Positions 11,701-23,498 of a stretch of 64,000 nt of DNA are shown in pieces (positions within the stretch are counted from its first letter, which is position 1; the number at the start of each line of letters is the position of its first letter). The DNA comes from Azolla caroliniana (taxonomy: Eukaryota > Plantae > Polypodiophyta), in the NCBI GenBank assembly GCA_043228905.1, contig JBHGNT010000010.1:16554001-16618000 (forward strand), given 5' to 3'. The notes beneath the pieces are model-generated. The model searched no databases, was not told where the DNA came from, and saw only the letters and a list, made by a program, of their open reading frames with translations. Position numbers and translations under genes: made by a program.

Positions 11701-13333
11701 TACAACCACTGAACATTGCCACCTGGGATGGTCCCCATACATCTGAATGTGTTACATCCAGGATCCCTTTGCTTGTGTTCCTCTCCTTTGGGAATGGTTG
11801 TCGGTGTTGTTTGCCGAATTGACAAGCTTTGCACACGCCTGCTCTCTCCTTTTCGGTGAAGGTCGGGAGTCCGATGACAACTCCTTTCGACTGCATTCCC
11901 TTGAGCTTTTGGAGATTGATGTGGCCTATCATCTTGTGCCACAACTTTATGTCGGTGTTGGCTCTCTGGCCCTTGGCATACATTATCGAGTTCATCTTGT
12001 GAGAGTCGAGGATGAACATCTGCCCTTCTCTACGAACACTAGCGACGAGTCAGCCTTCTTTTTCAATGAAGCATCCTCCATCGTTGAAGTGGATTTGCAT
12101 GCCTTGTTCGACTATCTAGCCAACTAAGACCGGGTTCTTTGTTATTGTTGGAATATACAAAACGTTCTTGATGTATGTTTGGTTGTCTTCTTCCCCAAAT
12201 GGGACATTGCCGATATGTTGAATGGGATATATTGTGTCATCCCCAATTTCCACATAGTCGGGTCGTTCGGGCTTTCATAGCTCCTTGAACCAATCCTCGT
12301 GGGATATCAAGTGGTTCAACGCGCCCGAGTCGAAAAACCATACATCTTCTAGTTTGGAGGTGTTGGTCGGGTTTGAGGTTGTCACCGAGTGCGCTCTGTG
12401 CCTCATCACAAACATTCTGCCACGATTATCGTAGTCGGAGTTGGAGTTGGAGGTGTAGTTTGTGAGTTGTCGGCTTGTGGAGGCCAACTCACTCACTCTT
12501 CTTCTGACACTTTGCCTCATAATGGCCGAATTTACCACAGTAACCGCATTGAGCGGGATTGTTTTGATCGATGGGACCGGCCTGATTGCTCCCCCTTCCT
12601 CCAGAAGCTCTACCTCACGCGTTCGAGATGTCTTGTCGGTAATAGAAGTTGTGTTCTCGAGGTTGCTCTTGGTTGTGTCGGCCTTGGCCAAATCAACCTC
12701 TTCTTCCCCAACCTTGTCCTCTTCCTCCATCGAAGTTCAAATAGACCATTTGTCCTTCTTGCGCATTGCTTCTTATTCGAACATGATTCTCCTCGACCAG
12801 CAACATCGATTGGAGATCGAAGGAGGGAGGATTCTCTCTCACGAGGACAGCCGACCGAATGGCCTCGAACCGAAATGCTAAGCCTCCAAGACAAATCTGC
12901 AACATTTCATCATCGTTAATGCTAACATTGACTGACCCGAAGACATCGCCAACTCCTTAATCTTCAAGGTGTAGCGGTCAATTGACATGTCCCTCCGTTG
13001 CATGTCGTTCAACTCTTGACAGAGTTGAAGCTTTCTTGCAGTCGCATTGGCCGCGAAAATCTTCTTGAGGTTCCCCCAAGCCTCGTTCAACATTTTGGCC
13101 TCTCGGATGTAGCCGAGCATGTGATCATGGACGCATGATGCAAGGTAGTACAACACACGACTCGCCACTTGCTCCCAAGTTGGGTAGTCGGCATGTGTTG
13201 GGTTGGGTTGATTCTCATTTGCCCCTTCGACATAACTCCAATAGCCTTGGCCGACAAGGTATTGGTGCATATTGTACTCCTACGATGCAAAGTTGTTTCT
13301 GTCGAGCTTTTCGGTAGGAAGAGTGCTTCCCAT
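8712..13333 (-). pseudogene. Copia gag-pol pseudogene with multiple stops and frameshifts
   Basis: Fragments: Gag (MHQYLVGQGYWSYVEG...AWGNLKKIFAA), protease (WFFDSGALNH), GAG-pre-integrase/integrase (LWHKMIGHIN, CKACQFGKQ, HSDVWGP, FIDDFSR, YWAEAANTTVYLMNR), RT ([19 protein letters not shown]) and RNase H pieces, spread over separate ORFs. Confidence 0.93.
10915..11381. mobile_element. hAT-type MITE (family A) inserted in the Copia integrase
   Basis: TIR TAACAATCGACAACGGTT / AACCATTGTTGATTGTTA; 8-bp TSD GTTGGCAG/CTTGGCAG (1 mismatch); AACCG/CGGTT subterminal repeats; AT-rich core; homologous to 35195-35589. Confidence 0.88.
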
Positions 13334-13452
13334 CTGTGTGTTCATGTTGACCTTCTTCTTCTTGATGCAAAATGTGTAGACGGCTACTACAGGGATCAAT
13401 CAGTTCTTGTCGAATGTAGAATCAGGTACAACAACCACGCATTTTGATACCA

Positions 13453-13512
13453 TGTAAAGAATCGGATGGATTCTGTGCAGCGAAAGAACTTTGTGTGTGT
13501 GTGTGTGTGTGT

Positions 13513-13548
<36 letters not shown>

Positions 13549-13830
13549 CACGATTACAAAAAATTAGAAAACAGTATTACAAAGAAAGCAAGAATAACTG
13601 ACGACTACAAAGAGAGGGAGAAGGCACTTATGTAGTCACCTTCTCTCTAAGTTCTCTTACTAGTACCGCCTCTTGGGAAAGAGGTCGAGTCTTAACTTCC
13701 TAAAGAATATGTGTCATAGAACATTAACTTCTATGACACACTAGTTACTATACAAGGCGGTGGGGTGTCACACACTCGAGTATCCTAGAGTATGTTCCCA
13801 CTCACGGGAAGTTGAGTTTGATTCTCAACA
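13453..13830 (-). repeat. Copia 5' LTR
   Basis: Direct repeat of 1114-1474; adjacent to the PBS on one side and TSD CGAGT on the other. Confidence 0.95.
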
Positions 13831-14334
13831 CGAGTTCCTGTTGAAAACCTAAGTTTTCAACATGAACTCAATACATTGTGTCGAGTTCATGTTTAAAGTT
13901 TTGTTTTTTTTTTTCTATTTATTTTGGTTTTTTTGGTTGTTTTTTTTTAGCTTGAAGTGATGAAAAATCCAGAGTTTTCATCACAATTCGATACAATGTA
14001 TTGAATTCATGTTTAAAGTTTTTTTCCCCATAAAAAAAAAAAAATTAACCAAAATAAATTTACAATTTTAGTTTTAAACATGAACTCGATACATTGTATC
14101 ACATTGTGATGAAAACTCTGGTTTTTTCATCAACTCAAGCTCAAATTTTTATTTTTATTTTTAAATCTGGAATAAAAAACTCTAAACATGAATTTGAAAC
14201 ATTGTATCAAATTGTGATGAAAACTCTGCTTTTTACATCAACTCGATACAATGTATCGAGTTCATGTTTAAAAATGTTCTTTTTTTTTTTAAATAAAAGA
14301 GTTTTTTTAAACATGAACTTGAATTGTACTAAAA

Positions 14335-15345
14335 TCTTTGTTTTTACAAGAGATAAAGAAAAATATCAACAATGCAAAGAAGTATGTTGCACAACAAGAT
14401 ACCTTATGGTGAACATGTTCTTCATTCATAGACAAAAAACTATTAATAATTGTGTTGATGGTAATTGAACCTTGCAAATGTTGTTTACATGGTCTATAAA
14501 ATATTCTTGTGATCTCAATTAGGGATCGGCAACGGCTCGGCTCAACTCAAGCCTAAACCATTTAGCTAAAACCGGCTTAATGGCTCAGCTCGGCTTAGGC
14601 TTGAGCTTGACTAAACAGTTTGAGCTCAATTCGGCTTGGCTTGAGCCTTGCCAAACCGGCTCAAACCGGTTAAGTCGTTTATGTGGTTTACTAGTTAGGT
14701 TAAAGGAAAACTTGAAAGTTAGAAATTAGTTAGAAACTTGAGAGAGAGGGAGTGAGGGAGGGAGCTTGTATACTGCATAGTGGATCGTCTTAGTGAGTGA
14801 GTGAGAGGGAGGGAGGGAGGGAGGTTTCCAAACATGTTCACAAACCAGTTTCCAAGCTGGTTTAGGGATTGGTTTGATTTGGTTTGGTTCAAGTTTGAGA
14901 ACCCCAAAACGGTTTAAGCTTAACCGATTTGGCTTGAATAAGGCCAAACTAGTTAAGCCTAAACCGAACCGTTGTTGATCCCTAATCTCAATCACCATTT
15001 CAAGCACTTAATGTTGATCTTCATAGTTTGGTCCATCCACAACAGAGAAACATTTATGTGGAACCAAGGATGACAACACGAGCATAACTAAGGTGACAAG
15101 GAAACTTGCAAGAACTCAAGGTGGGGATATTAATAGTTACACATGTAGATGGTCATGACCTAGGGCACCAATTCTGGATTGGTAAAGTTTTGGACGCGGT
15201 GATGCATTAAACCTTTGTAATACATCTGCCATTGACATTAGTGAGGTGAATATCATTGTGTAGGACTTTACATTGACAAAAGTTGGATGTTTAAGGAATA
15301 CAACAATAGACATAATAAAAGAGATATTACCAAGTCTAGAAAATG
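14335..15345 (+). pseudogene. C-terminal remnant of a Sola-like transposase, interrupted by a MITE
   Basis: Translates to KKNINNAKKYVAQQ...FFIHRQKTINN and HPQQRNIYVEPRM...GNLQELKVGILIVT...DLGHQFW. This is clearly homologous to KNIERTKKYVGDQ...FFIHQHTILDN and HPQQRDIYVEPRI...SNLHELQVGMLVVT...ELG at 34210-34560 (minus). Confidence 0.7.
14520..14984. mobile_element. hAT-type MITE (family B)
   Basis: TIR TAGGGATCGGCAACGG / CCGTTGTTGATCCCTA; perfect 8-bp TSD ATCTCAAT (14512-14519, 14985-14992); homologous (inverted) to 50693-51351. Confidence 0.92.
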
Positions 15346-15579
15346 TCTTAGATTGAAGGCGAACAAGATTTAGTGCCCACCATTTGGAGAATACAATGAT
15401 TTGATTGGTACATTTGAAAATGAGGAGGAAGAGTCACAATTGTATATTAACTATAGTAGTGATTTTCATGAAAGGAGTGATAATAGTTATGCAAATAACT
15501 ATTGAATGTATTTTTTGTGCAACGATATGTAACAAATTTAGACAACATTTTATCGAATGATATAAAAAAGTTGATTGTT

Positions 15580-16142
15580 GCCCAGAGTCCCATCGAATAT
15601 GGCGGGGGGTTGGCCGCTTATTGCAATTATGACAGGTGCAAGGCTTAATCAAGAGGGGAAATGTGTGTTGGCTATAATGTCAGGCCCTAGTTGACAGATA
15701 TGAGCATCAGGAAGAGGGGATGACTTTGGTTATAAAAGCACAAGAGGTTTTTTTCTCCACCATCGACAATGTCCACTCAACTCCTTTCAATGCCAAATCT
15801 CAAGTTGTGTTGGAATTGGTCAGCCCAATAACTCTTTGGATTCTATGGAAACAACAATGTAGACGTGTCTTCTCCAACCAAACCGTGCAACCAATAGTGT
15901 TAATGCAAGAGATATGGAGTGAAGTGGTAGCCACTCTAAAGAGCCAATATGATGGCCTCAAGGGGTCTCTGATGGAGTTGAAAGACAACGACTAGCCTTC
16001 ATCCAACAATGATCGCCCTCCCCCTTTATTGAGTCAGTGGGCATCCACATAAGATGGACCTATCGTGTCCCTACAGGGATTTGTATATACTAATCTCATC
16101 TGTAAAATTTTATAACTAATGGAAGGAGTTTATTTTTGGAAA
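15580..16142 (+). mobile_element. 5'-truncated L1-type LINE (3' end of ORF2 plus A tail)
   Basis: 16-bp TSD AAAAAAGTTGATTGTT (15564-15579, 16143-16158); A-rich 3' end; ORF2 C-terminal-like ITLWILWKQQCRRVFS. Confidence 0.8.
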
Positions 16143-17249
16143 AAAAAAGTTGATTGTTTTGAAATCTTTTGCCTCTAAAACCTTTAAGATCTAAAAACTT
16201 ATTAGTTATCATTTTTCCTTAAAAATACACAAAGTTACTTTTTGTATTTGACCAAAATTTGGCATTTTTCAATTTTACCATATGGTGAAATTTTTCAACT
16301 TTTTCATCATGTTTTTGAGAACATGTGATATCCTCCACTTGTGAATGTGAACGTGTTATAAAAGCTTTAACCAATAAGTTATTGCATTACATATGATTTT
16401 TATCAATAATATTCATTATATACATGATGAGATGTCATCAGTTTGCACAAGCTAATGCATGGTGAGCAAATGGCATGCTTACATGAATGCCAACTAGTGA
16501 TCATGCATGGATGCAAGATGGCAAACATGCATGGGTCCAAAACAAGCTAAATAAGTAGGTACTTTCGTCATTGATGAACCATTATAGTTGAATGCTTATC
16601 TTCAACATATTCTTATAATCTTTTTCTTCTTGTCAATATAATTACAGTCTTTACTTATTTCTCTATCTTTTTGTTATTGTCTTCTATCATTTTATCTTGT
16701 TCTTGATTGCGGCCTTGATAAGGAGTAGTTGTTGATGAAACGATAGGTCTTCTAGTGAAGAGAACGCCTAAATATGAAAAAGAGTTTATCTGTGAAGAGA
16801 GGTAATAGTGCAGAGAGTGCTTGCTAGTGTTCATGAAAATCTTGCGGTGAAGATAGCTAAAAATGCAAGGAGAGGCTAGCAATGAAGAGAGTTTAGAGTG
16901 AAGGGTGTGCATAACAGTGAAACAAGAATATAATGGTTAAAATAGTATGTGACAGTAAAACAAAAATTTACCAATGAAGAGAATTACCAATGGTAAAGGA
17001 GAGACTGAGAAACGACGCCCAACTACCAAACACCAAATGCCTCTCTTGGTTCAAAACCAATGTGGTTCTACCTGCCTTGCTAATTTGGGCCATTTTAATT
17101 TGAAAGCTCTAATAGTTTGATCATTTGAGTTAATAATGCTACCTATAAAAATAGGAACATCGATGTCCGAAAGAATGCAAAATTTATCAAAACTGTTTGT
17201 AGTCTTCAAGGGTAAACCACTCTTTCCATTTCGAATGCAATAGTAGGCT

Positions 17250-18545
17250 TAAGTACTTATTCCAATTTTATCAAAAATCAAATGTGGCCACTTAGACTGT
17301 ATATTTCAAAACAATTAATCCTTGATAGTCTTTAGTTAGAGACCATAAAATTGCATGAGGCAGTTGATCTCTAAATACTAGTGAACATTCTTCTAGTAAT
17401 TGTGTATTGTACTTTAATTCTAATAGCAACACTTCATAATAGCCTTTGGCAACAAAATAGACCCTAACTAAGTACATACACTTTGATCATTGAATTTATC
17501 TACATATTGGGCTACATCATTTGCGAAAGGTGATTTACCAAGAAAAAAAGAGAATAAAACCATTTGGTATATAAATTTTCAAAGGATTCAAGAAGTCTCA
17601 TGATGGGATGGTGAATGTGCTAGTTTGACTTCCTAGCTTTACATATAGTTTTTAACGAAAATGTCTTGAAGCCATTTTAGGTCTTCTGAACCTTCTACAT
17701 CTTTTTCCTCTTCATATTCCCAAGAGAATATGATTGAGACTTTGACAAAAAAAATTGATAAGCATGTTATTGCACATTTTGAAAAGTAGAGACATCTAAC
17801 AAAAGTAAATAAAAGGAGAATTAGCGAGATATGCATAAGCATGTTTTTCACATTCTATACATAACGCACAACACACATGTACATCTTATGGAAGAACACA
17901 AGACAATCACCCCTCTCTTGCTTAGTGATAAGAAACCTAAACCCACCATGCAAATTGTGCATATAACCCATATAAGACCATGATATCATCATAAGCCTCA
18001 ATGTGTGTGTTGTGTTTTTTGTATCTTAATTTGTGATATGTTCCTTCTCATTTGCACACTTAAAGTTTCTTGTGCCCCGAAAACATATTAAATTCCTCCA
18101 AAGTTTGAGGAATGAACCCTAATACTTGATCTAATGGATTAGTCCTCAAATATGTACTTTTGCTAAATGAAGAGACGTTATCAACTATATGATGTTGTTT
18201 ATCCTCCAATAAAAAAATAACTCGACAACTTTTAACCATGATTCCTAAAATCAAATTTGTATTATGAAGGGGTATATTAATTTGGAATTTGTTTTAAACC
18301 AAGTCATTTTTATTTGTCGTTCAAATCTTTCCCAAGTATGGGAATTTCTTTGATGTCAAGTGGAAGTCATGAGGAATTAAACAAACAAACATTTTGAGAC
18401 AAATTGTATACCTACGTCTCAAACAAACGTTATAAAACAATGGTACCCTCCATATCCCCTTTATTGAACATTGGTTAAATAAAGCTTTGTAGAAAAAACG
18501 AATCTTTGGATTCCTCTCATCCAAATCTGGTATGTCGATCATTAC
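17250..18545 (-). pseudogene. Highly decayed LINE ORF1-like (DUF4283-like) fragments
   Basis: VRVYFVAKGYYEVLL...QLLEECSLVFRDQLPHAILWS and IDIPDLDERNPKIRFFYKALFNQC resemble plant LINE ORF1; many stops. Confidence 0.4.
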
Positions 18546-19264
18546 TTATGTTTTGTTGTATTTTTGTCCTCACATGCCACTCTTGTATCCTGTATAATTA
18601 TGTTACTTCAATAGTAACATGACATTATAAAATCGTACGTGCCAAAAACTAATGCATGAGGCATTCACAACATGCATACTCATCATTATAATGTTGTTCA
18701 CCTGGGACTTCACAAAATGATATGATTGAACTTGAATTATGTATTTGACCTTATCACATCCTAGCCTAATAATTCACGTCCTGCACAATATGCTCAAATA
18801 TAGCTATTCCTAAAAAGATAACTAGCATAATGTCAGACTTCTAGTATGTTCTCGAGGTAAAGAATAACATGGCCTTTTCTCACTCACTATGGCTACAAAT
18901 TTCAAAAATATTCAATGAAATCATAACAAGCTATGCAATGTGTAAAGTGCTCTTCAAAAAGTTAGAATGGGTGAAGAAGTTCTCAATGACCGCATTTGGC
19001 AAATGTAACACGTGTAAGAAACTTACATGATATTAAGTGGATGCTTAAGGTCCAACATTATTCAAGATTGAATACAAGAGAAGATGCTATCAAGACATTA
19101 TGTATTCATAACCATGTAGTAGGGGGTTCAGTTATACCTGGGTTCAATTATTTTGCCATTAATCATTCATGGCATTCACTCTATCATCTCTAATATAATT
19201 AGGAGGCTAAAAGACTCGAGTTCATGGGTTTATAACCGGCTATTTTAAGGTGTGTGGGATCTCA

Positions 19265-19506
19265 ATATTGTTTTGAGATGTTGAAATTGGAGTAAGTTGA
19301 AGGTGGTCAAGGATCAAGCATAGCTCATTCATATTCTCTATCTACACTTGCTTCAATTGTAGAAAAAATACATATTTTCGTTTTAACATATTGTTTTGAA
19401 ATGTTGAAATTGAAGTTGAAGGTGGTATGGGTTCAAGCATAGGTCATTCATATTATCCATCTACACTTGCTTCAATCGTAGAAAAAGTACATATTTTTAT
19501 TTTAAA
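19265..19506. repeat. Direct tandem duplication, 2 x ~120 bp
   Basis: ATATTGTTTTGA.ATGTTGAAATTG...AAGTTGAAGGTGGT...TCTACACTTGCTTCAAT.GTAGAAAAA starts at 19265 and 19388. Confidence 0.85.
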
Positions 19507-21042
19507 AAATGATAATTTTGAGAACCTATGAAGTGGTTGTACAAGTAAAAACAACTACATAACCTTGAAATTGTATTTTTACTTAACTTTTCCATTTCGC
19601 TATTTCATAGAGTGAACCATATGTTGCTTGACTTTCCCATATACTCATAATTGTCGAGCCAGGTTTTTATAGGACCAATATGTTGCTCATCTTTACCCTA
19701 ATAATGCACTTTCAATGGGTCTTTGATCGACATATTTACAAATAAACACAACATGAATAAAAGAGGTGGTCATTTTTCAGTTCCCGAAGGCCACGTGCTT
19801 TGTTTTATGCATAGCATTTTTACGGGATATTATCAATGAATTACATTCACACTCTTGTCCTTGGTGGACTAATCACATTATGTCTTCTAGTAGTTATGGT
19901 GTTATACAAAGAATTCTTAATCAATAATTTTGTGTACTTTCGTGAGTGATATGACCACAAATTCACCTACAATGTACCTAGTCCAAAACACATTTCTCTT
20001 CTAGAAACTATGCAATTTGCCACTATTGTGAGTTTTGGTGATGACAAGAGACAAGTCATGCCTTTGCTTGCCTTTATTGAGTATATCCTCCTAATTATAC
20101 GCTTGTCATCGCATGCATAAGATTAGATCTAGAGAATATATCCAACACATATGTTTGTTAGTCAAACAAAGATGCCCTTATTAGAACATGTTGATATTTA
20201 GGGTCTCCAACAAACGAGCACCACATTTTTACATGGTTCAATTTTTACAAACTTTGGGTTTAGTTTGACAAGAATAATGTTGCATTAACCGAGGTAAAGT
20301 AGTGAGTATAGGACAACCACATTTTTATCATTCTTGTAGACCCTTTAAGAGGATTTGATTACTTTGAAAAGAATACCACCTATAACAAGGCACTTACAAA
20401 GAAAAAGAGTATGTTTAATTCATTGGAAAATTAATACAAATAGGGGGTTTTGTTTTTGGGTCTTGAGCACAATGGAATGTATATGTAGTAGAGGAATTTA
20501 TAGATATAGTGTGAAACCAACTCCTTTGTGTCATACTTGTCTATAACTTGTTTTCTTTAGTGCATTCTTATAGGAAATCCATTGAAGTACATGTGGACTG
20601 ATGTAATACTTCTCCAACTTAAGCATGACTCGAGTGTTCAACATTAAAAGAATCATAAATTTATAATGAGAAAGGTCGGGAAAATCACGTTCATTAGTTT
20701 AGATTAGAGAAGTTATCGACAAGCAGTGAAACGTTCTTTGGAAGGTCAATGGCAAGTGATAATAAAATTAGACATTTATAATCGCACCCATTGAAATCCA
20801 TCAAATTGAAAGTGATAACATAATGTATAACAAAGTTTTTCACTAAACTTGAAATATATAAGAGCTTGGAATGAAAATGTCATATAAAGTAGTAGAATTT
20901 ATAACTAGGCACTAAATCCATCCAATTGTAAGGTTGAGTAACATGATACAAAAGGTATACTAGTTAGTTAGTCTTACTTAATGCAAGTTAATCATAATAT
21001 AACCCATTGGAGAGTCTTCATATGATTAATTTTCATGATGAC

Positions 21043-22206
21043 TTAAAATGTATCTTGACTATGATCCTCCACAATGCTAATATTATAACTAGAGAAGCTG
21101 CCACATTGATCACTAGTTTGCTCTCGGCGTGATCGTTTTTTGATCCCATTGTTGGCATCGTGGCGGTTGGGGCAGTTATGGTGACCTTTCTCTCTCGTTA
21201 AACGAACCCCAAACAACATGATGGGGGCTCTCAACTCATCATTTTCATGGATATAACCCTCCTCATTATCATCATCACAACATAATTCCTCGGCATCTCG
21301 CATTCTCGAGTTACTAACTCTTTCGCGACGGACGTGATTCCTAGGTTTGTCGCCATGTTCATTAGCTTCCTCGGCAATGTTGGGCATTGGTGGGATATTG
21401 GTCATGATGTGAGTCTTAGTGTCTTCGTCATTGGACATCGGACATGGTACCAACGTGTGGGTGGTCGTCTTCTTCATGGGTCGATGATGACCCCTGGGGC
21501 GCCCTACTTGGTCCGACACATTCAAGTTCAAGTTCGTGACCAAGTGATGGTCATGGCGATGAAGATCGAATGTCATCGGGTGCATTAGGCCGGCCGGTTG
21601 ATGATTTACGAGCACGTGGTCGGACATGGGAGGTGTCGAGGGTTGGTCGTGGTCGACCAACATGGGACATTGTATGTCCGGCTTGTCGGCCACGGGGGCG
21701 TGATGCCATGCTTCACATGGCCGGCATGCCCAGCTGCTCGTGGTGGTGCCCGGACATTCCACCAAGGGATTCATCATGTTTAATGAAGGTGGCTTCATCA
21801 TTAAAGATGACACTAGGGCTACTTGCTCCTCATACAGCTTCCTGATGTGGAGGAGGTGGGAGAGGAGCAATGTGTTATCTCTTCGAAGCCTCTCATTCTC
21901 ATTAAAAGATTCATAACTAGAATAGGGGTGATCATTATAATCATAAGTAGAGGTAGTAGAGGTAGTAGTAGTAGTAGCATTGGAGGCTAATGTGGGTGAA
22001 TTATATAACAAGATATTAGTGATAGGGTTCATGGCACATACATTGTTGTCCATGGTGGGTGGTGCTAGGACACTCCTCGGGTCCGAGCTCGGCCCCGCAC
22101 CCGACGTCTTAATCCTTCGGTGTATCTCGCATAACAGATGTTTCGAGCCCTTGCGGAAGAAGTCATTGCCAAACTCCCATCGCTCCGTGACCACCTTCCG
22201 AAAACC
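21043..22206 (-). CDS. HSFB: Class-B heat-shock transcription factor (HsfB4-like), exon 2
   Basis: Acceptor TTAG/GGT; [31 protein letters not shown]; compact [29 protein letters not shown]; B-class repressor motif LFGV; NLS KKRSRR. The spliced product is ~616 aa. Confidence 0.93.
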   Translation of the reverse strand, partial: GFRKVVTERWEFGNDFFRKGSKHLLCEIHRRIKTSGAGPSSDPRSVLAPPTMDNNVCAMNPITNILLYNSPTLASNATTTTTSTTSTYDYNDHPYSSYESFNENERLRRDNTLLLSHLLHIRKLYEEQVALVSSLMMKPPSLNMMNPLVECPGTTTSSWACRPCEAWHHAPVADKPDIQCPMLVDHDQPSTPPMSDHVLVNHQPAGLMHPMTFDLHRHDHHLVTNLNLNVSDQVGRPRGHHRPMKKTTTHTLVPCPMSNDEDTKTHIMTNIPPMPNIAEEANEHGDKPRNHVRRERVSNSRMRDAEELCCDDDNEEGYIHENDELRAPIMLFGVRLTREKGHHNCPNRHDANNGIKKRSRREQTSDQCGSFSSYNISIVEDHSQDTF

Positions 22207-22454
22207 CTAACCAAAATGCATGCATATATATATATGGCATCATTACATTGATATGATTTGAATCTCGGCGATGATTGTCTTGGATAATTATCATATCTCA
22301 CTCATGATAATTAGACTAATTAGAAGATGAATGGGATCATCATTAGCATAATTAGACTAATTTAGACTAATGATAACCAATAACACATTATAATGAGTAA
22401 TGCATTAAAAGAATGTCATGAACTTTGTGGAATACATTAATTTGCCAAACAATC

Positions 22455-22800
22455 TGTAACAATGCATTAAGTTTTATTAGATGCTTCTCAAACAACACAC
22501 ATTTTTTATACCAACATGATAAATGTAGCTACAGTCACATAAGTGTTGAAATGCATTAAATTTTGCTAGATACTTCTCAAACACACATTTTTATACCAAC
22601 ATGATTGTAACTAGTACTCACATAAGTGTTGAAAATGCATAAATTTTTTATCAGATACTTATCAAACACACAACACATTCTTACATGTTGAAATGCATGA
22701 AAATTTAAATTATCAGATACTCATAAAAAACACACATTCTTATATGTTGAATGAATGAAGAATTTATGAGATACCTATCAAACACGCACACTCTTATATA
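22455..22800 (-). repeat. Degenerate tandem repeat (about 5 units, 60-85 bp) in the HSF intron
   Basis: Recurrent AGATACTT(C/A)TCAAACACACATT...TGTTGAAATGCAT units; two units contain a copy of the exon 1/intron junction. Confidence 0.8.
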
Positions 22801-22811
22801 TATATACTCAC

Positions 22812-23498
22812 ATAAGTGTTGAGTTGCCTGATAAAGCTAGAGAAGTTGTTGTGTTTGAAGTAGTTGGGGAGGATGTCCCTAGCAAACTCAAGGGGTTTCC
22901 ACACCACAAACGTTGGTCGCCGGTCGACAACTTCATGGTCCCGATTAGTGGCATTCGCATGGTCGACTCGATCCTTATCATGCCCATCATCATCATCATG
23001 ACCATCATGGTGCACCTGATTACTATATTCACCCCACGACACGATATGGTCGGTTGCCGGATCATCCACCAATTGATATGTCTTGGTAAGGAAAGGGGGA
23101 GGTACATGATTAGAGCATGCCATAGCTGTAATCCCAGCTGAGAACACTCCATTATCATCATCATTATCATTATCATTATCATTATCACCATAATCATCAT
23201 CATTATCATTATCATTATAATGATTGGCATTTCTGTCATTATGATGATTGGCCTTGTTCTTGTTGTCGCCATCGCCATCGGCATGCGCCTCATTATCATG
23301 GTCTTTGTCGATGCTATCATTGTTGGATTTAATGTATGTGACATTATATTGCTCGCTCCTTCCATTAGTTCTCCTAATTGTAGGGTTTTTATTAATTGGA
23401 GTATACATATTGTAAGAATTACCATGATCATCCTCATTGTGGGCACCGCATGACGATGATCCAGTGCCATAATTATAATTGCATAAATAATCCTGCAT
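22812..23498 (-). CDS. HSFB: Class-B heat-shock transcription factor (HsfB4-like), exon 1
   Basis: HSF DBD N-part [25 protein letters not shown]...[34 protein letters not shown]; ends at the conserved plant HSF intron position with donor TAT/GTGAGT. The start codon is the first ATG of the ORF and is not verified. Confidence 0.93.

Larger units (their letters stand above)
1114..13830 (-). mobile_element. Ty1/Copia LTR retrotransposon, full length, internally decayed, carrying two nested insertions
   Basis: TG...CA LTRs at 1114-1474 and 13453-13830; 5-bp TSD CGAGT (1109-1113, 13831-13835); degenerate iMet PBS (minus strand TGGTATCAAAA, ~13442-13452); PPT-like tract next to the left LTR (from 1475); Gag-PR-INT-RT-RH order on the minus strand. 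Confidence 0.95.
990..14331. mobile_element. Foldback/MITE-like element built from palindromic modules, split by the Copia insertion (parts ~990-1113 and 13836-14331)
   Basis: Terminal inverted repeat TAGTACAATTC (990-1000) / GAATTGTACTA (14321-14331); the terminal TA may be the TSD. Many degenerate copies of the palindrome AACATGAACTCGATACA(A/T)TGTATCGAGTTCATGTT lie on both sides of the Copia. Confidence 0.6.

Noticed and set aside
990-14331. Palindromic repeats with spacers resembling a CRISPR array
   Set aside because: Eukaryotic context, degenerate repeats, spacers are themselves repeated or low-complexity, no cas genes, and the array is bounded by TIRs.
22808-23470. 220-aa Met/Ile-rich ORF and plus-strand ORFs overlapping HSF exon 1
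   Set aside because: Alternative-frame readings of the GAT/AAT trinucleotide-rich HSF coding sequence.
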